DNA of 62,359 nucleotides, filler included, from Coriobacteriales bacterium (GTDB lineage: Bacteria; Actinomycetota; Coriobacteriia; Coriobacteriales; UBA8131): assembly GCA_031263105.1 (NCBI GenBank). It is 5 parts of 5 records of this genome, joined end to end, with 100 filler letters (N's around TTAATTAATTAA, not from the genome) between each part and the next. Parts side by side here need not be neighbours in the genome. Positions count along the whole stretch, not along the records: positions 13,385 to 34,993 come from JAISGJ010000218.1; positions 35,094 to 40,650 come from JAISGJ010000027.1; 3 more parts are not named here. One strand, 5' to 3'. The notes beneath the pieces were generated by a model, which had not been told where the DNA came from, searched no databases, and saw only the letters and a program-made list of their open reading frames with translations. Numbering within the stretch: position 1 is the first letter of the stretch; each line of letters starts with the position of its first letter. Positions 28,711-38,612 of this stretch are shown in pieces. Both the position numbers and the translations under genes were made by a program.

Positions 28711-29075
28711 TCATCCTGGACACCAATGTCGTCTCCGAAATGATGAAGGACAACCCTCATCCGGCGGTAGCGGACTGGTTCAAGGGTCAGGACAACAGCC
28801 AGATATATATCACGGTGCTGACGGTTGCGGAGATCAAGTACGGTATCAGCCTGTTGCCAGAAGGCAGACGAAAGAAGACCTTGGACTTCGACGTGTCACA
28901 TATGTTCAACACGGTCTTCAAGGACAGGATACTGCCGTTCGACTGCGACGCCGCCTATCGGTATCCGGTGATTCACCAGCACCGGAAGGCGGTAGGCAAG
29001 ACCATGACGGTGATGGACGCCGAACTGGCAGCTATCTGCACAAGCAACGATGCGACTCTGGCCACACGGAACACT
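28707..29075 (+). CDS. VapC/FitB PIN-domain toxin, 3' end lost at a G16 run/REP
   Basis: MIILDTNVVSE, AEIKYGI, ILPFD, DAELAAI, LATRNT; ATGA-coupled to the upstream gene. Confidence 0.88.
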
Positions 29076-29090
29076 GGGGGGGGGGGGGGG

Positions 29091-29123
29091 GCTCGGGATG
29101 ACAGTGGGGGTGTGAACTGTAAC
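29091..29123. repeat. Right end of TGTC-REP/GTTAC element
   Basis: GCTCGGGATGACAGTGGGGGTGTGAACTGTAAC. Confidence 0.8.
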
Positions 29124-29181
29124 GCGATATCGGCAACAGGTATAATGGGGCTTTCCTACAATCGGAGCAGAGAGACCGAGG

Positions 29182-30855
29182 GTGTTGAAAGAGAAGCTGA
29201 AGCAACTACGTGCCCGGCTGGCGTTCAGGTGGCACACGTATCGCATACGCAGGTCGCGGCTTTTTGACCGGGAGTGGTATGTCGAGCAGGCCCCCGAGGC
29301 GGCATCGTGGCCGGGAGGGCCGGCGGCGCACTACCTGAGCGTGGGGTGGGAGCAGGGCTTCGACCCGTCCCCCCAGTTCTCGAACGCCGTCTACTTCGAG
29401 CTCAACAGCGATGTGGCCCAGCTGCACCACTGCCCCCTTCTGCACTACGAGCTGCATGGCAAGGCGGAGGGGCGCAGGTACACGAAGGCCGCGAAGAACG
29501 TCTACAAGGCGCTCCGCATCAGGCGTGCGTGGGAGCGCAGGCGTGGGCGGCGGGAGTGTGCGCAGGGCATACAGGAGAACCAGGGCGCACGGATACTCGT
29601 CATCCTCCACCTGTTCTACGAGGCCAGCTGGGCAGAGATCAAGGAGTACCTCAAGAACCTCGGGCCCTACCGCTACGACCTCGTCGTCTCCTACTGCGAG
29701 GGCTTCCTCTCCGAGAAGGCACTCGACAGCGTGCGGGCGTTCAAACCAGGGGTCGCCCTGATCTGCCGCGAGAACACGGGTGCCGACGTGCGACACTTCC
29801 ACGAACTGCTGAAGGACGTGGATCTGGATGCCTACGACATCGTGTTCAAGCTCCATTCCAAGGGCACGAAGCGCAAGCCCTTCTTCATCTACGGGCAGCT
29901 CTTCGGCAGGCGCGACTGGTTCCTCTACCTCTACGAGGGCATTCTGGGCGCGGTCACCGTCCACAAGACGATAGCGACCCTGATGCAAGAGAACAGGACC
30001 GGCATGATGGCGGCGGCGAACCTGATAGTCGAGGATCCTCTCCACAAGAAGAAGCTGGTCTACACGTACATGGAGAAGTGGGGCATCCCCATACCCGAGA
30101 CGTACCGCTTCGTCGCGGGCACCTGCTTCGCCGTGCGCGCGAGGCTGCTCAAGCCGCTCCAGGCGCTCGACGTGGACCTTGAACGGAAGGGCGTGTTCAG
30201 CCCCGACCATGCGCTGGAGCGCATCTACTGCCTGGAGGTGCTCAACGCCGGCTACGAGATCACCGGCAACCCCGTCATGGAGGAGCACTACAGGGAGAGG
30301 AACCGGTACGCGGGCTTCCTCCACGCCCTCTCCACGGAGCGGCTGTATGAGGACGAGCGCTTCACCCTCGACGAGGAGTTCTCCTACATGGCTCTGGACA
30401 ACCGCTTCATGGAGGGATACGAGATAGTCGAGATACCCCTGAGCGACCTCCGCAGGAGCTATCCTCCGAAGATGCGGGAGTATTTCGGGCATCCGCCGGA
30501 GCCGGTGGAGATCCCCGAGACCGAGCCTTACCAGTACCTCCAGCATGGCGACAGGGAGACCTACCGCGTCTATTGCGAGTGGCATCAGGAGAACCACAAG
30601 CCCTACATGACGGAGGAGCGCTTCGACGCGCTTGTTGCGAGCATCCGGGAGAACGGCTTCGACGACAGGCACCTCATCGTCGTCAACGCGAACAACGTCA
30701 TCAAGGACGGGCAGCACCGGGCCTGCTGCCTGTACTACACCGAGGGCGGCGACTTCATGGTGCCGGTGCTGCGGATATACTCCCTCTCTCGTGGCCAGGC
30801 CCTACGACGCGCGCGGGAGGCGCACCGCGAGAGCCTTCAGGGGCCTCAAGGTTGA
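29182..30855 (+). CDS. Second RgpF-like/ParB-domain paralog
   Basis: Co-linear with 25829-27487, including the upstream leader. Confidence 0.82.
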   Translation: MLKEKLKQLRARLAFRWHTYRIRRSRLFDREWYVEQAPEAASWPGGPAAHYLSVGWEQGFDPSPQFSNAVYFELNSDVAQLHHCPLLHYELHGKAEGRRYTKAAKNVYKALRIRRAWERRRGRRECAQGIQENQGARILVILHLFYEASWAEIKEYLKNLGPYRYDLVVSYCEGFLSEKALDSVRAFKPGVALICRENTGADVRHFHELLKDVDLDAYDIVFKLHSKGTKRKPFFIYGQLFGRRDWFLYLYEGILGAVTVHKTIATLMQENRTGMMAAANLIVEDPLHKKKLVYTYMEKWGIPIPETYRFVAGTCFAVRARLLKPLQALDVDLERKGVFSPDHALERIYCLEVLNAGYEITGNPVMEEHYRERNRYAGFLHALSTERLYEDERFTLDEEFSYMALDNRFMEGYEIVEIPLSDLRRSYPPKMREYFGHPPEPVEIPETEPYQYLQHGDRETYRVYCEWHQENHKPYMTEERFDALVASIRENGFDDRHLIVVNANNVIKDGQHRACCLYYTEGGDFMVPVLRIYSLSRGQALRRAREAHRESLQGPQG

Positions 30856-32692
30856 GCGAGAAGTCCTCCCGCTTCAAGGTGAGGTGGGGGTTGTAGTAGG
30901 GGTCGCCCGCCTCGAGCTCGCGGCTCCAGCGCTTCTGGAAGCGTATCGACTCGTTGCGGAAGCGCTTGAGCTTGCTCGCCGTGTCCTCCAGCCCGCGCGA
31001 CTTGGACTCATGGTGGTACAGCTCGGCGAAGGGGGTGAAGACGTTGAGGTAGCCCCTCTGCCGGAACCTCATGCACAGGTCGATGTCGTTGAAGGCCACC
31101 ACGAAGTCCTCGTCGAAGCCCCCGACCTCCCAGAACACCTCCCGGCGCACCATGAGGCAGGCCCCGGTGACGGCCGAGACGTTCTGGGCGAGCTGTAGGC
31201 GGCTCACATAGCCGGGGTCGTCCCGCTGGAAGTACTTATGCGCATGGCCCGCCGCGCCGCCTATCCCGACGATGACGCCTGCGTGCTGGACGGTGCCGTC
31301 GGGGTACAGGAGGCGCGCTCCGACGGCGGCAACGTCCCTGCGCTGGGCGAACATGAGCATCTCCTGGAGCCAATCGGGGCTTATGACCTCCGTGTCGTTG
31401 TTGAGGAAGAACAGCACCTCGCCTGCGGCCTCGTGCGCCGCGAAGTTGTTGATGGCGGAGAAGTTGAAGGTTCCCTCGTAGGTGAGCACCCTTGCGGAGG
31501 GAGGGGCGTCGGGGGCGCCGCCCTCTGCCCACCAGTCCGCGACGCGCTGCGACAGCTCCTCGTAGAAGGCGAAGGTCTCCTCCTCCGTGCTGTTGTTCTC
31601 GACGATCACCAGCTCATAGTTGCGGTACGTGCTCTTGGTGACGATGCTCCTCAGGCACAGCTCCAGGTCCTCCCGATGGTCCTTGTTGGGGATGACGAGG
31701 GAGACAAGCGGCTCCTCGCGCAGCTCGTATTCAATGTGGTAGACGGTGGGCAGGCTCGCGTCCTTTGCTTGGCCGGGCAGTCCGAGGCGCGTCAAATGCC
31801 CGTCGAGCGCCCGCTTGGCGGCTGCGACGGCATAGCCCTTCGCCTCCACGCCGGCTGCGACCGACCGCTCGTGCGCCCTCCAGTAATATAGGACCTGTGG
31901 GACGTGGCAGATGCACTGCGCCTGCTCGCTCAGGCGCAGGATGTAGTCGTAGTCCTGCGAGCCGTCGCAGCTGCCGTCGAACAATCCCACGCGTTCCTGG
32001 AGCGCTCGGCTGAACACGAGGAAGTGGCAGATGTAGTTGTAGCTTCTCAGGGTATCGGGCGAGAAGGCGGGCTTGAAGTTCGCAAAGTATGCGTCCTCGG
32101 GCACCTTGCTGAAGGTGACCTCGTCGCTGTAGAGCAGGTCGGCCCCGTGGGCCTCGATGGCCTCCATCACGGCATAGAGCGCCGAGGGGTGGAGGAGGTC
32201 GTCGTGGTCGAGGAGCGCGAGGTAGCTCCCCTGCGCACGCTCCAGGCAGCGGTTGGTGTTGGCGGCTATGCCCTCGTTGGCATCGAGCTTCCCGTACCGG
32301 ATGCGCGCGTCCTTCTCGGCAGAGGCCGCGCAGAGTGCGCCCACGTGCGTGTGGTCGCCGTCGCTGGCATCGGCGAGGCAAAGCTCCCACTGCTCATAGG
32401 TCTGGTTCTGCACGGACTGGATCAGGGCGTCCAGGAACTCCAGCGGGGTGTTGTAGAGCGGCACGAGGATGCTGAAGGTGTGCCGATGGGAGAACGCATG
32501 GGAGCGCTGCCGCGCGGAGGCCGCATCACTGAGCACGAATCCCGTGTCCAGAGGTTCCTGCCTGCGCGTCTTGAGCCTGTTCCTGATGCGCCGGAAGGTG
32601 ATGCGAGGGCCGAACACCTTGAGGCTCCTGAGGACGCGCACCAGGTTGCCGAGGCTGAGCGCACCGCCCGCTCGCGCACTGGGGGCACTCAT
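30755..32692 (-). CDS. Dual-domain GT2 glycosyltransferase (RgpE-like)
   Basis: SILVPLYNTP, LLDHDD, GSQDYD, FNFSAINN, NNDTE, AFNDIDLC, HHESKSRG, DPYYNP. Confidence 0.93.
   Translation of the reverse strand: MSAPSARAGGALSLGNLVRVLRSLKVFGPRITFRRIRNRLKTRRQEPLDTGFVLSDAASARQRSHAFSHRHTFSILVPLYNTPLEFLDALIQSVQNQTYEQWELCLADASDGDHTHVGALCAASAEKDARIRYGKLDANEGIAANTNRCLERAQGSYLALLDHDDLLHPSALYAVMEAIEAHGADLLYSDEVTFSKVPEDAYFANFKPAFSPDTLRSYNYICHFLVFSRALQERVGLFDGSCDGSQDYDYILRLSEQAQCICHVPQVLYYWRAHERSVAAGVEAKGYAVAAAKRALDGHLTRLGLPGQAKDASLPTVYHIEYELREEPLVSLVIPNKDHREDLELCLRSIVTKSTYRNYELVIVENNSTEEETFAFYEELSQRVADWWAEGGAPDAPPSARVLTYEGTFNFSAINNFAAHEAAGEVLFFLNNDTEVISPDWLQEMLMFAQRRDVAAVGARLLYPDGTVQHAGVIVGIGGAAGHAHKYFQRDDPGYVSRLQLAQNVSAVTGACLMVRREVFWEVGGFDEDFVVAFNDIDLCMRFRQRGYLNVFTPFAELYHHESKSRGLEDTASKLKRFRNESIRFQKRWSRELEAGDPYYNPHLTLKREDFSLNLEAPEGSRGAPPARVVGPGHERGSISAAPAP
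31503..31528 (-). repeat. Degenerate GTAG-type REP inside the GT2 gene
   Basis: 26 nt with 3 mismatches to the 32704-32741 copy; encodes AEGGAPDAP. Confidence 0.6.
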
Positions 32693-33561
32693 GGTGTCTC
32701 TGTGCCAGGCGACGGGGCGTCGGGGACGCCGCCCCCTACGGTTGCCGCGTCCGCCGGATTGCCTGCTGTCGCCTTCGCCCTCTCCGCCGCCGCCTCTGCG
32801 CCCACGACCACGCCGTCCACGACCGCGTTGCCTGCGCCTGCCTCGTAGGCCGCGCAGACCTCCCTGGTCGCGCCGTCCATGATCTTCTTGCCCTTCTCGA
32901 TCCAGACCACCCTGCTGCAGAGCTTCTTTATCTGATTGAGGCTGTGCGAGACGATGAGCACCGTCGTGCCTCCCTTGATGAGGTCTTGGATGCGCTGCTC
33001 GCTCTTCTTCCGGAACTTGAAGTCCCCCACGCCCAGTATCTCGTCGACGATCAGTATCTCGGGCTCTATCGTGGTCGCTATGGAGAAGCCCAGCCGCGCG
33101 GTCATGCCCGACGAGAAGTTCTTGATGGGGACGTCCTGGAAGCCCTCGAGCTCGGCGAACTCGATGATGCTGTCGTACTTCTCGGCCATCTGCTTGCGCG
33201 AGAAGCCTAGGACCGCCCCGTTGAGGAAGACGTTCTCGCGTGCGGTGAGGTCGCGGTCGAAGCCTGCGCCCAGCTCGATGAGGGGCGAGACGGCGCCGAT
33301 GCGCGTCACCGTGCCCCGCGTGGGCCGCATGATGCCTGCGATGAGCTTGAGCAAGGTGCTCTTGCCGCTGCCGTTGAGGCCCACGATGCCGAGGATGTCG
33401 CCCTTCTGGACCGAGAGGTCGATGCCGTCCAAGGCAGAGAACACGTCGTAGTGGAGCTGCCGCTTGGCGAGCCGGATGAAGTACTCCTTCAGGCTGTCCA
33501 CCTTGTCCCGGGAGAGCCGGAACTTCATGGTCACATTCTTGATCTCGATTACGGTTTCCAT
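32689..33561 (-). CDS. wzt: Polysaccharide ABC exporter ATP-binding subunit without a C-terminal carbohydrate-binding module
   Basis: GLNGSGKST, FSSGMTARLGF, ILIVDEILGVGD. Confidence 0.93.
   Translation of the reverse strand: METVIEIKNVTMKFRLSRDKVDSLKEYFIRLAKRQLHYDVFSALDGIDLSVQKGDILGIVGLNGSGKSTLLKLIAGIMRPTRGTVTRIGAVSPLIELGAGFDRDLTARENVFLNGAVLGFSRKQMAEKYDSIIEFAELEGFQDVPIKNFSSGMTARLGFSIATTIEPEILIVDEILGVGDFKFRKKSEQRIQDLIKGGTTVLIVSHSLNQIKKLCSRVVWIEKGKKIMDGATREVCAAYEAGAGNAVVDGVVVGAEAAAERAKATAGNPADAATVGGGVPDAPSPGTETP
32704..32741 (-). repeat. GTAG-type REP inside the wzt 3' end
   Basis: Reverse complement is identical over 38 bp to 53332-53369. Confidence 0.88.
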
Positions 33562-33633
33562 GGCTGCCAACCTATCGACGGCCCATCTGCTGCCTGGTTG
33601 CGGTCACAGCCTCCGTGACGGCCGCTTCTCTCC

Positions 33634-34500
33634 CTAGACATGGAGGATGAACCTGTCCTGCGTCCTCTTGAACACCAAGAGGCCGACGGCCAAGGTGCTC
33701 AGCGCGAAGCCAAGGCATATCAGGTTCATGCCAAGGCCGGGGACGACCCCGTACAGCATGACGTCGCGAATATACTCCACATAATACAAAAGCGGATTGA
33801 ACCTGAGGATGGTCTGCATGACCCCCGGTATGATCTCCAAGGGGTAGAGTATGGGCGTGAGGTACATCCACGCGGTGATCCAGATGGCGTACAGGTGCGC
33901 CACGTCCTTGAAGAACACCACCGCCGCGCTGAGGACGAGGCTCAGGCCGAAGCTGAATATGGCGGTATAGAGCATGGGGATGGGGAACAGCAGGATGGTG
34001 GGATGCAGCGGGGTGCGCAGGACCAGGTAGACCAGCGCGACCGCGATGAGGGAGAAGAGCATGTTCACGAATGCGAACGCGCACTTCTCCAGAGGAAAGA
34101 TATAGCGGGGGATATAGACCTTCTTCAGCAGGGACGACGCCGAGCCTATCGAGTTCAGCGAATGGTTGGTCGCGTCGCTCACGAAACCGAAGATGAGGAC
34201 CCCTGTGATGTAGAAGGCGGGGTAGTTCTCCACGCCCACACGGAGTATGTTGGAGAACACCGCGCTCACGATGAGCATGATGAACAGCGGCTGCAGCACG
34301 CTCCAGAGCAGCCCCAGCGTCGAACGCCGGTACTTGACCTTGAGGTCGCGGGAGACCAGGCTGAAAAGCAGGGGACGATACTGCAGAAAGGCCGGCAGGT
34401 ACCGCCGTATCTTGGGGAGAAGGACGAGCATGGCGACCACGAAGACAAGGGTCACCCCCGCCCCTATGACCGCCAGTATGCGCTCCAAGCTGAAGTCCAT
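33634..34500 (-). CDS. wzm: Polysaccharide ABC exporter permease
   Basis: RDLKVKYRRSTLGLLWSVLQP, LLKKVYIP, YLTPILYP, NPL. Confidence 0.95.
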   Translation of the reverse strand: MDFSLERILAVIGAGVTLVFVVAMLVLLPKIRRYLPAFLQYRPLLFSLVSRDLKVKYRRSTLGLLWSVLQPLFIMLIVSAVFSNILRVGVENYPAFYITGVLIFGFVSDATNHSLNSIGSASSLLKKVYIPRYIFPLEKCAFAFVNMLFSLIAVALVYLVLRTPLHPTILLFPIPMLYTAIFSFGLSLVLSAAVVFFKDVAHLYAIWITAWMYLTPILYPLEIIPGVMQTILRFNPLLYYVEYIRDVMLYGVVPGLGMNLICLGFALSTLAVGLLVFKRTQDRFILHV

Positions 34501-34534
34501 CCAGAACCCTCGTAGCTTCTGTTCGTGTGTCCAA

Positions 34535-34753
34535 GGAAGTGCCGATTAATTGCTTGCGCTGCGGGGGCTCACGCGCTGCTTCGCAGCTTCGCCCGAAAAC
34601 AGCCCACTGGGCTGTTTTCCATCTGACGGCCAATTTGCCCCTGCCCTGCGTTGGAGATAACAGACATTACGTGCAGCAGTGCCTGTTATCTCCGCCTTGA
34701 TCAGCGGCAAATTGACTCGTCATCTGGCACACAAGCAATTAATCGGCACTTCC
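34535..34753. mobile_element. MITE with 22-bp perfect TIR GGAAGTGCCGATTAATTGCTTG
   Basis: 34535-34556 is the reverse complement of 34732-34753; a related end occurs at 40534-40553. Confidence 0.8.
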
Positions 34754-34837
34754 CTAGGTGTTTGTGTACCTACCAAGTATACCATTCGGGGTAGGCGAGG
34801 TGGGTTCCCTGACGCAGCGGGATAGGCGAGGTGGGTT

Positions 34838-34978
34838 CCCACTGCCATCCCGGCCCCCACTGCCATCCCGGCCCCCACTGCCATCCCGGCCCCCACTGCC
34901 ATCCCGGCCCCCACTGCCATCCCGGCCCCCACTGCCATCCCGGCCCCCACTGTCATTCCGAGCCCCGCCGAGGAATCT
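34838..34978 (+). repeat. Six 18-bp tandem units CCCACTGCCATCCCGGCC followed by a TGTC REP
   Basis: Units from 34838 to 34945, then CCCACTGTCATTCCGAGC. Confidence 0.9.
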
Positions 34979-34993
34979 TTGGACACGCAGTGT

Positions 34994-35093
34994 NNNNNNN
35001 NNNNNNNNNNNNNNNNNNNNNNNNNNNNNNNNNNNNNTTAATTAATTAANNNNNNNNNNNNNNNNNNNNNNNNNNNNNNNNNNNNNNNNNNNN
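34994..35093. other. Artificial contig linker
   Basis: N run - TTAATTAATTAA - N run. Confidence 0.99.
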
Positions 35094-36132
<1,039 letters not shown>

Positions 36133-36226
36133 GTCGCCGTCGGCTGGGCATCCTGTCGCTTCCTGCACCTGCTATACTCTATCTGACGGTAAAGCCTTGC
36201 CCGGAAAAGCCAGAAAGGCGGCATCC

Positions 36227-36454
36227 TTGTCAAGCACCGAGAGCATAGCTTTGATCATCAAGGTCGAGCAGCTCGGCCTGCTGAAGCAGGCCGCCGGCCT
36301 CACATACCGGGAGGCATCCGAGGTCTTTGACCGCTTCGGTGTCTGGGATTTGGTGGATGCCGCCTACGAGGGGTTCCACGTCCAAGGCGCAAGCGCCACC
36401 TTCGAGGATATCCGCAGCTACCTGCAGGCCAAGGACGCAGGGCTGGCGATATGA
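36227..36454 (+). CDS. DUF3791-like small helical protein
   Basis: AGAAAGG RBS + TTG; F...GVWDLVDAAYEGFHVQG motif. Confidence 0.7.
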   Translation: MSSTESIALIIKVEQLGLLKQAAGLTYREASEVFDRFGVWDLVDAAYEGFHVQGASATFEDIRSYLQAKDAGLAI

Positions 36455-36999
36455 TAACGAGCAGCCAAAACCTCACGCTCTACCATGCAGGAAGTGAGGT
36501 CATCGAGCATCCGGATCTTGGAGTCTGCAGGAAGCAGAACGACTTCGGCCAAGGCTTCTATCTGACGACCAGTCGTGAGCAGGCCGACAGGTTCGTTCGC
36601 ACTGCCATCCGCAAGAGGGGCCAGAACCTTGGCTTCGGCTATGTCAACGAGTACGTCTTGCAGGGTTTCGATGGCATCGAAACCCTAGAGTTCGCATCTG
36701 CGGACGAGCGCTGGCTGCGCTGCATCTGCGCCTATCGGAGATCCGATATCGCCCCAGAGGACACAGCAAGATGGGACATGTACGATGCCATCGTCGGCAA
36801 GGTGGCAAACGATGATACGATGACGACACTGAGCATCTACTTGTTGGGCGGTTATGGCGCATATGGCTCATCGGAAGCCGTCGCCCTAGCCGTCGGCCAG
36901 CTCAAGCCCCAGCGCCTTCACGACCAGGTCTGCCTCAAGAGCCAGGCGGCCATCGGCAGGCTGGTCTGGGTGACTTCTCACAAGGTGGTGCCGTCTTGA
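36451..36999 (+). CDS. DUF3990-family protein (putative ADP-ribosyltransferase-fold toxin)
   Basis: LYHAGS, NDFGQGFYLTT, W, YDAIVGKVAND, DQVCLKS. Confidence 0.8.
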   Translation: MITSSQNLTLYHAGSEVIEHPDLGVCRKQNDFGQGFYLTTSREQADRFVRTAIRKRGQNLGFGYVNEYVLQGFDGIETLEFASADERWLRCICAYRRSDIAPEDTARWDMYDAIVGKVANDDTMTTLSIYLLGGYGAYGSSEAVALAVGQLKPQRLHDQVCLKSQAAIGRLVWVTSHKVVPS

Positions 37000-37235
37000 G
37001 CGACAGATACGTCTTGGCGGCGCGGCTGACAGTCAGCCTGCTTGCGGAGTCCCTGATGCGCCGTCACGCCTGGGACATGAACACCGCGCTCTCCAAGCTC
37101 TCGAAGACAGAAATTTACGAGCGCATCATTGACCATCGGACCCAGCTCTGGACCGAAAATCCCAGCGACCTTGCTAGCATGGTGGATATGGAGCTCAACG
37201 GTGAGGAGGTGCCCGCAGAGATGTTCTTCAAGTAA
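36996..37235 (+). CDS. Small helical protein (DUF3791-like)
   Basis: Coupled to the DUF3990 gene; SKTEIYERIIDHRTQLWTENP resembles the S..Y..L.D..T.LW motif. Confidence 0.6.
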   Translation: MSDRYVLAARLTVSLLAESLMRRHAWDMNTALSKLSKTEIYERIIDHRTQLWTENPSDLASMVDMELNGEEVPAEMFFK

Positions 37236-37535
37236 ATGCTGTTACGTTTCCTTCCTTGCTTCTTTTAGTATGACAATCGCCTCTTGTGCAACAGGTTTGT
37301 CTCTGGCACTCCGTCTGCGCATCGCGCGTCGCGTTGACCCGCACATCTGGTTCCCGTATCATTAGATGGTCGGAAGATAGCCAAAAGGGCAATCCAACTA
37401 GACGGGTTTTGCCAAGGAAGACAGAAGGCACATCGAGGGCGAAGGGCGTGCAATGCTGGAACTGGACGAATTGAATACCCATATCTCGGGATTGGGCGAC
37501 GAGTGTTCTCAAGCGCCTACAGGGGCAGGTGAAAG

Positions 37536-38612
37536 GTGAACAGCATCCTGAAGAAGGACCTCCAGTACATGCTGGACAGCTTTGGGAAAGCGGAGGTGTT
37601 CTCTGACAAGACGATCCTGATAACCGGCTTCGGCGGCTTCCTCGGCTACTATTTCACGCAGTTCTTCCTGCATCTGCCGTCGGTCGGGGTCAAGCCGAAG
37701 AAGCTGATCCTCCTCGACAACTTCATGCTGGGCCGTCCCGCTTGGGTCGACGAGGCGGGGGAAGCCGATTTTATCCAGATCGAACAGTTCGACATTGCAC
37801 ATGGCAGGCCGGAGGAGCATGAGTACTTCCGCGACGTGGACTACGTCATCCACATGGCCTCCATCGCATCGCCGGTGTACTATCGGAAGTTCCCCATCGA
37901 GACGATAGAGGCGAACATCCTCGGCCTGAAGGGCCTTTTGGATTATTACAAGGACGGCGGCCTCAGCGCACTGCTGTTCTTCTCGAGCAGCGAGATATAC
38001 GGCGACCCCGACCCTTCGGCGGTGCCGCTCGACGAGGAGTACAATGGGAACGTCAGCTGCATCGGGCCGAGGTCGTGCTATGACGAGAGCAAGCGCTTCG
38101 GCGAGACCCTGTGCTATTACTATGCGGAAAAGTACGGCATGCCCATCGGCGTGGCGCGTCCCTTCAACAACTTCGGGCCCGGCATGAGCGTGGACGACAA
38201 GCGCGTGCCGGCCGACTTCGCCAAGGCCGTGCTCAACGGCCAGAACATAACCATACTCTCCGACGGGCTTCCCAAAAGGACGTTCTGCTATGTGGCCGAC
38301 GCGATCTGCGGCTACCTCAAGGTCTTGACCCATGGGAGATACGGCTACTTCAACATCGGCATCGAGTCTCCGGAGCTGTCCGTCCGGGAGTTCGCCGCCG
38401 TCTATCAGTCCGTCGCCAAGGAGCTCACGGGCTATGACGGGCAGATACGGTACCAGACATCGAGCGACAAGGACTATCTCACGAACAACCCCAACCGTCG
38501 CTGCCCCAAGATCGAGAAGGCGAGAAGCCTGCTCGGCTACAGCCCGGGCATCGACGTGGAGGAGGGCGTAAGAAGGTTCCTGCTCTACCTGATCGAGGAG
38601 GGAATTCGTTGA
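37536..38612 (+). CDS. NAD-dependent epimerase/dehydratase (UDP-glucuronate decarboxylase-like)
   Basis: TGFGGFLG, ASIASP, SSSEIYGDP, GPRSCYDESKR. Confidence 0.9.
   Translation: MNSILKKDLQYMLDSFGKAEVFSDKTILITGFGGFLGYYFTQFFLHLPSVGVKPKKLILLDNFMLGRPAWVDEAGEADFIQIEQFDIAHGRPEEHEYFRDVDYVIHMASIASPVYYRKFPIETIEANILGLKGLLDYYKDGGLSALLFFSSSEIYGDPDPSAVPLDEEYNGNVSCIGPRSCYDESKRFGETLCYYYAEKYGMPIGVARPFNNFGPGMSVDDKRVPADFAKAVLNGQNITILSDGLPKRTFCYVADAICGYLKVLTHGRYGYFNIGIESPELSVREFAAVYQSVAKELTGYDGQIRYQTSSDKDYLTNNPNRRCPKIEKARSLLGYSPGIDVEEGVRRFLLYLIEEGIR

Noticed and set aside
29076..29267. Genuine C-terminal extension of the PIN toxin
   Set aside because: Derived from a G16 run, a REP end and the next gene's leader; probably a collapsed assembly or insertion.
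34838..34945. CRISPR array or CHPGPH-repeat protein
   Set aside because: Spacerless 18-bp tandem derived from the REP end; the ORFs are incidental.
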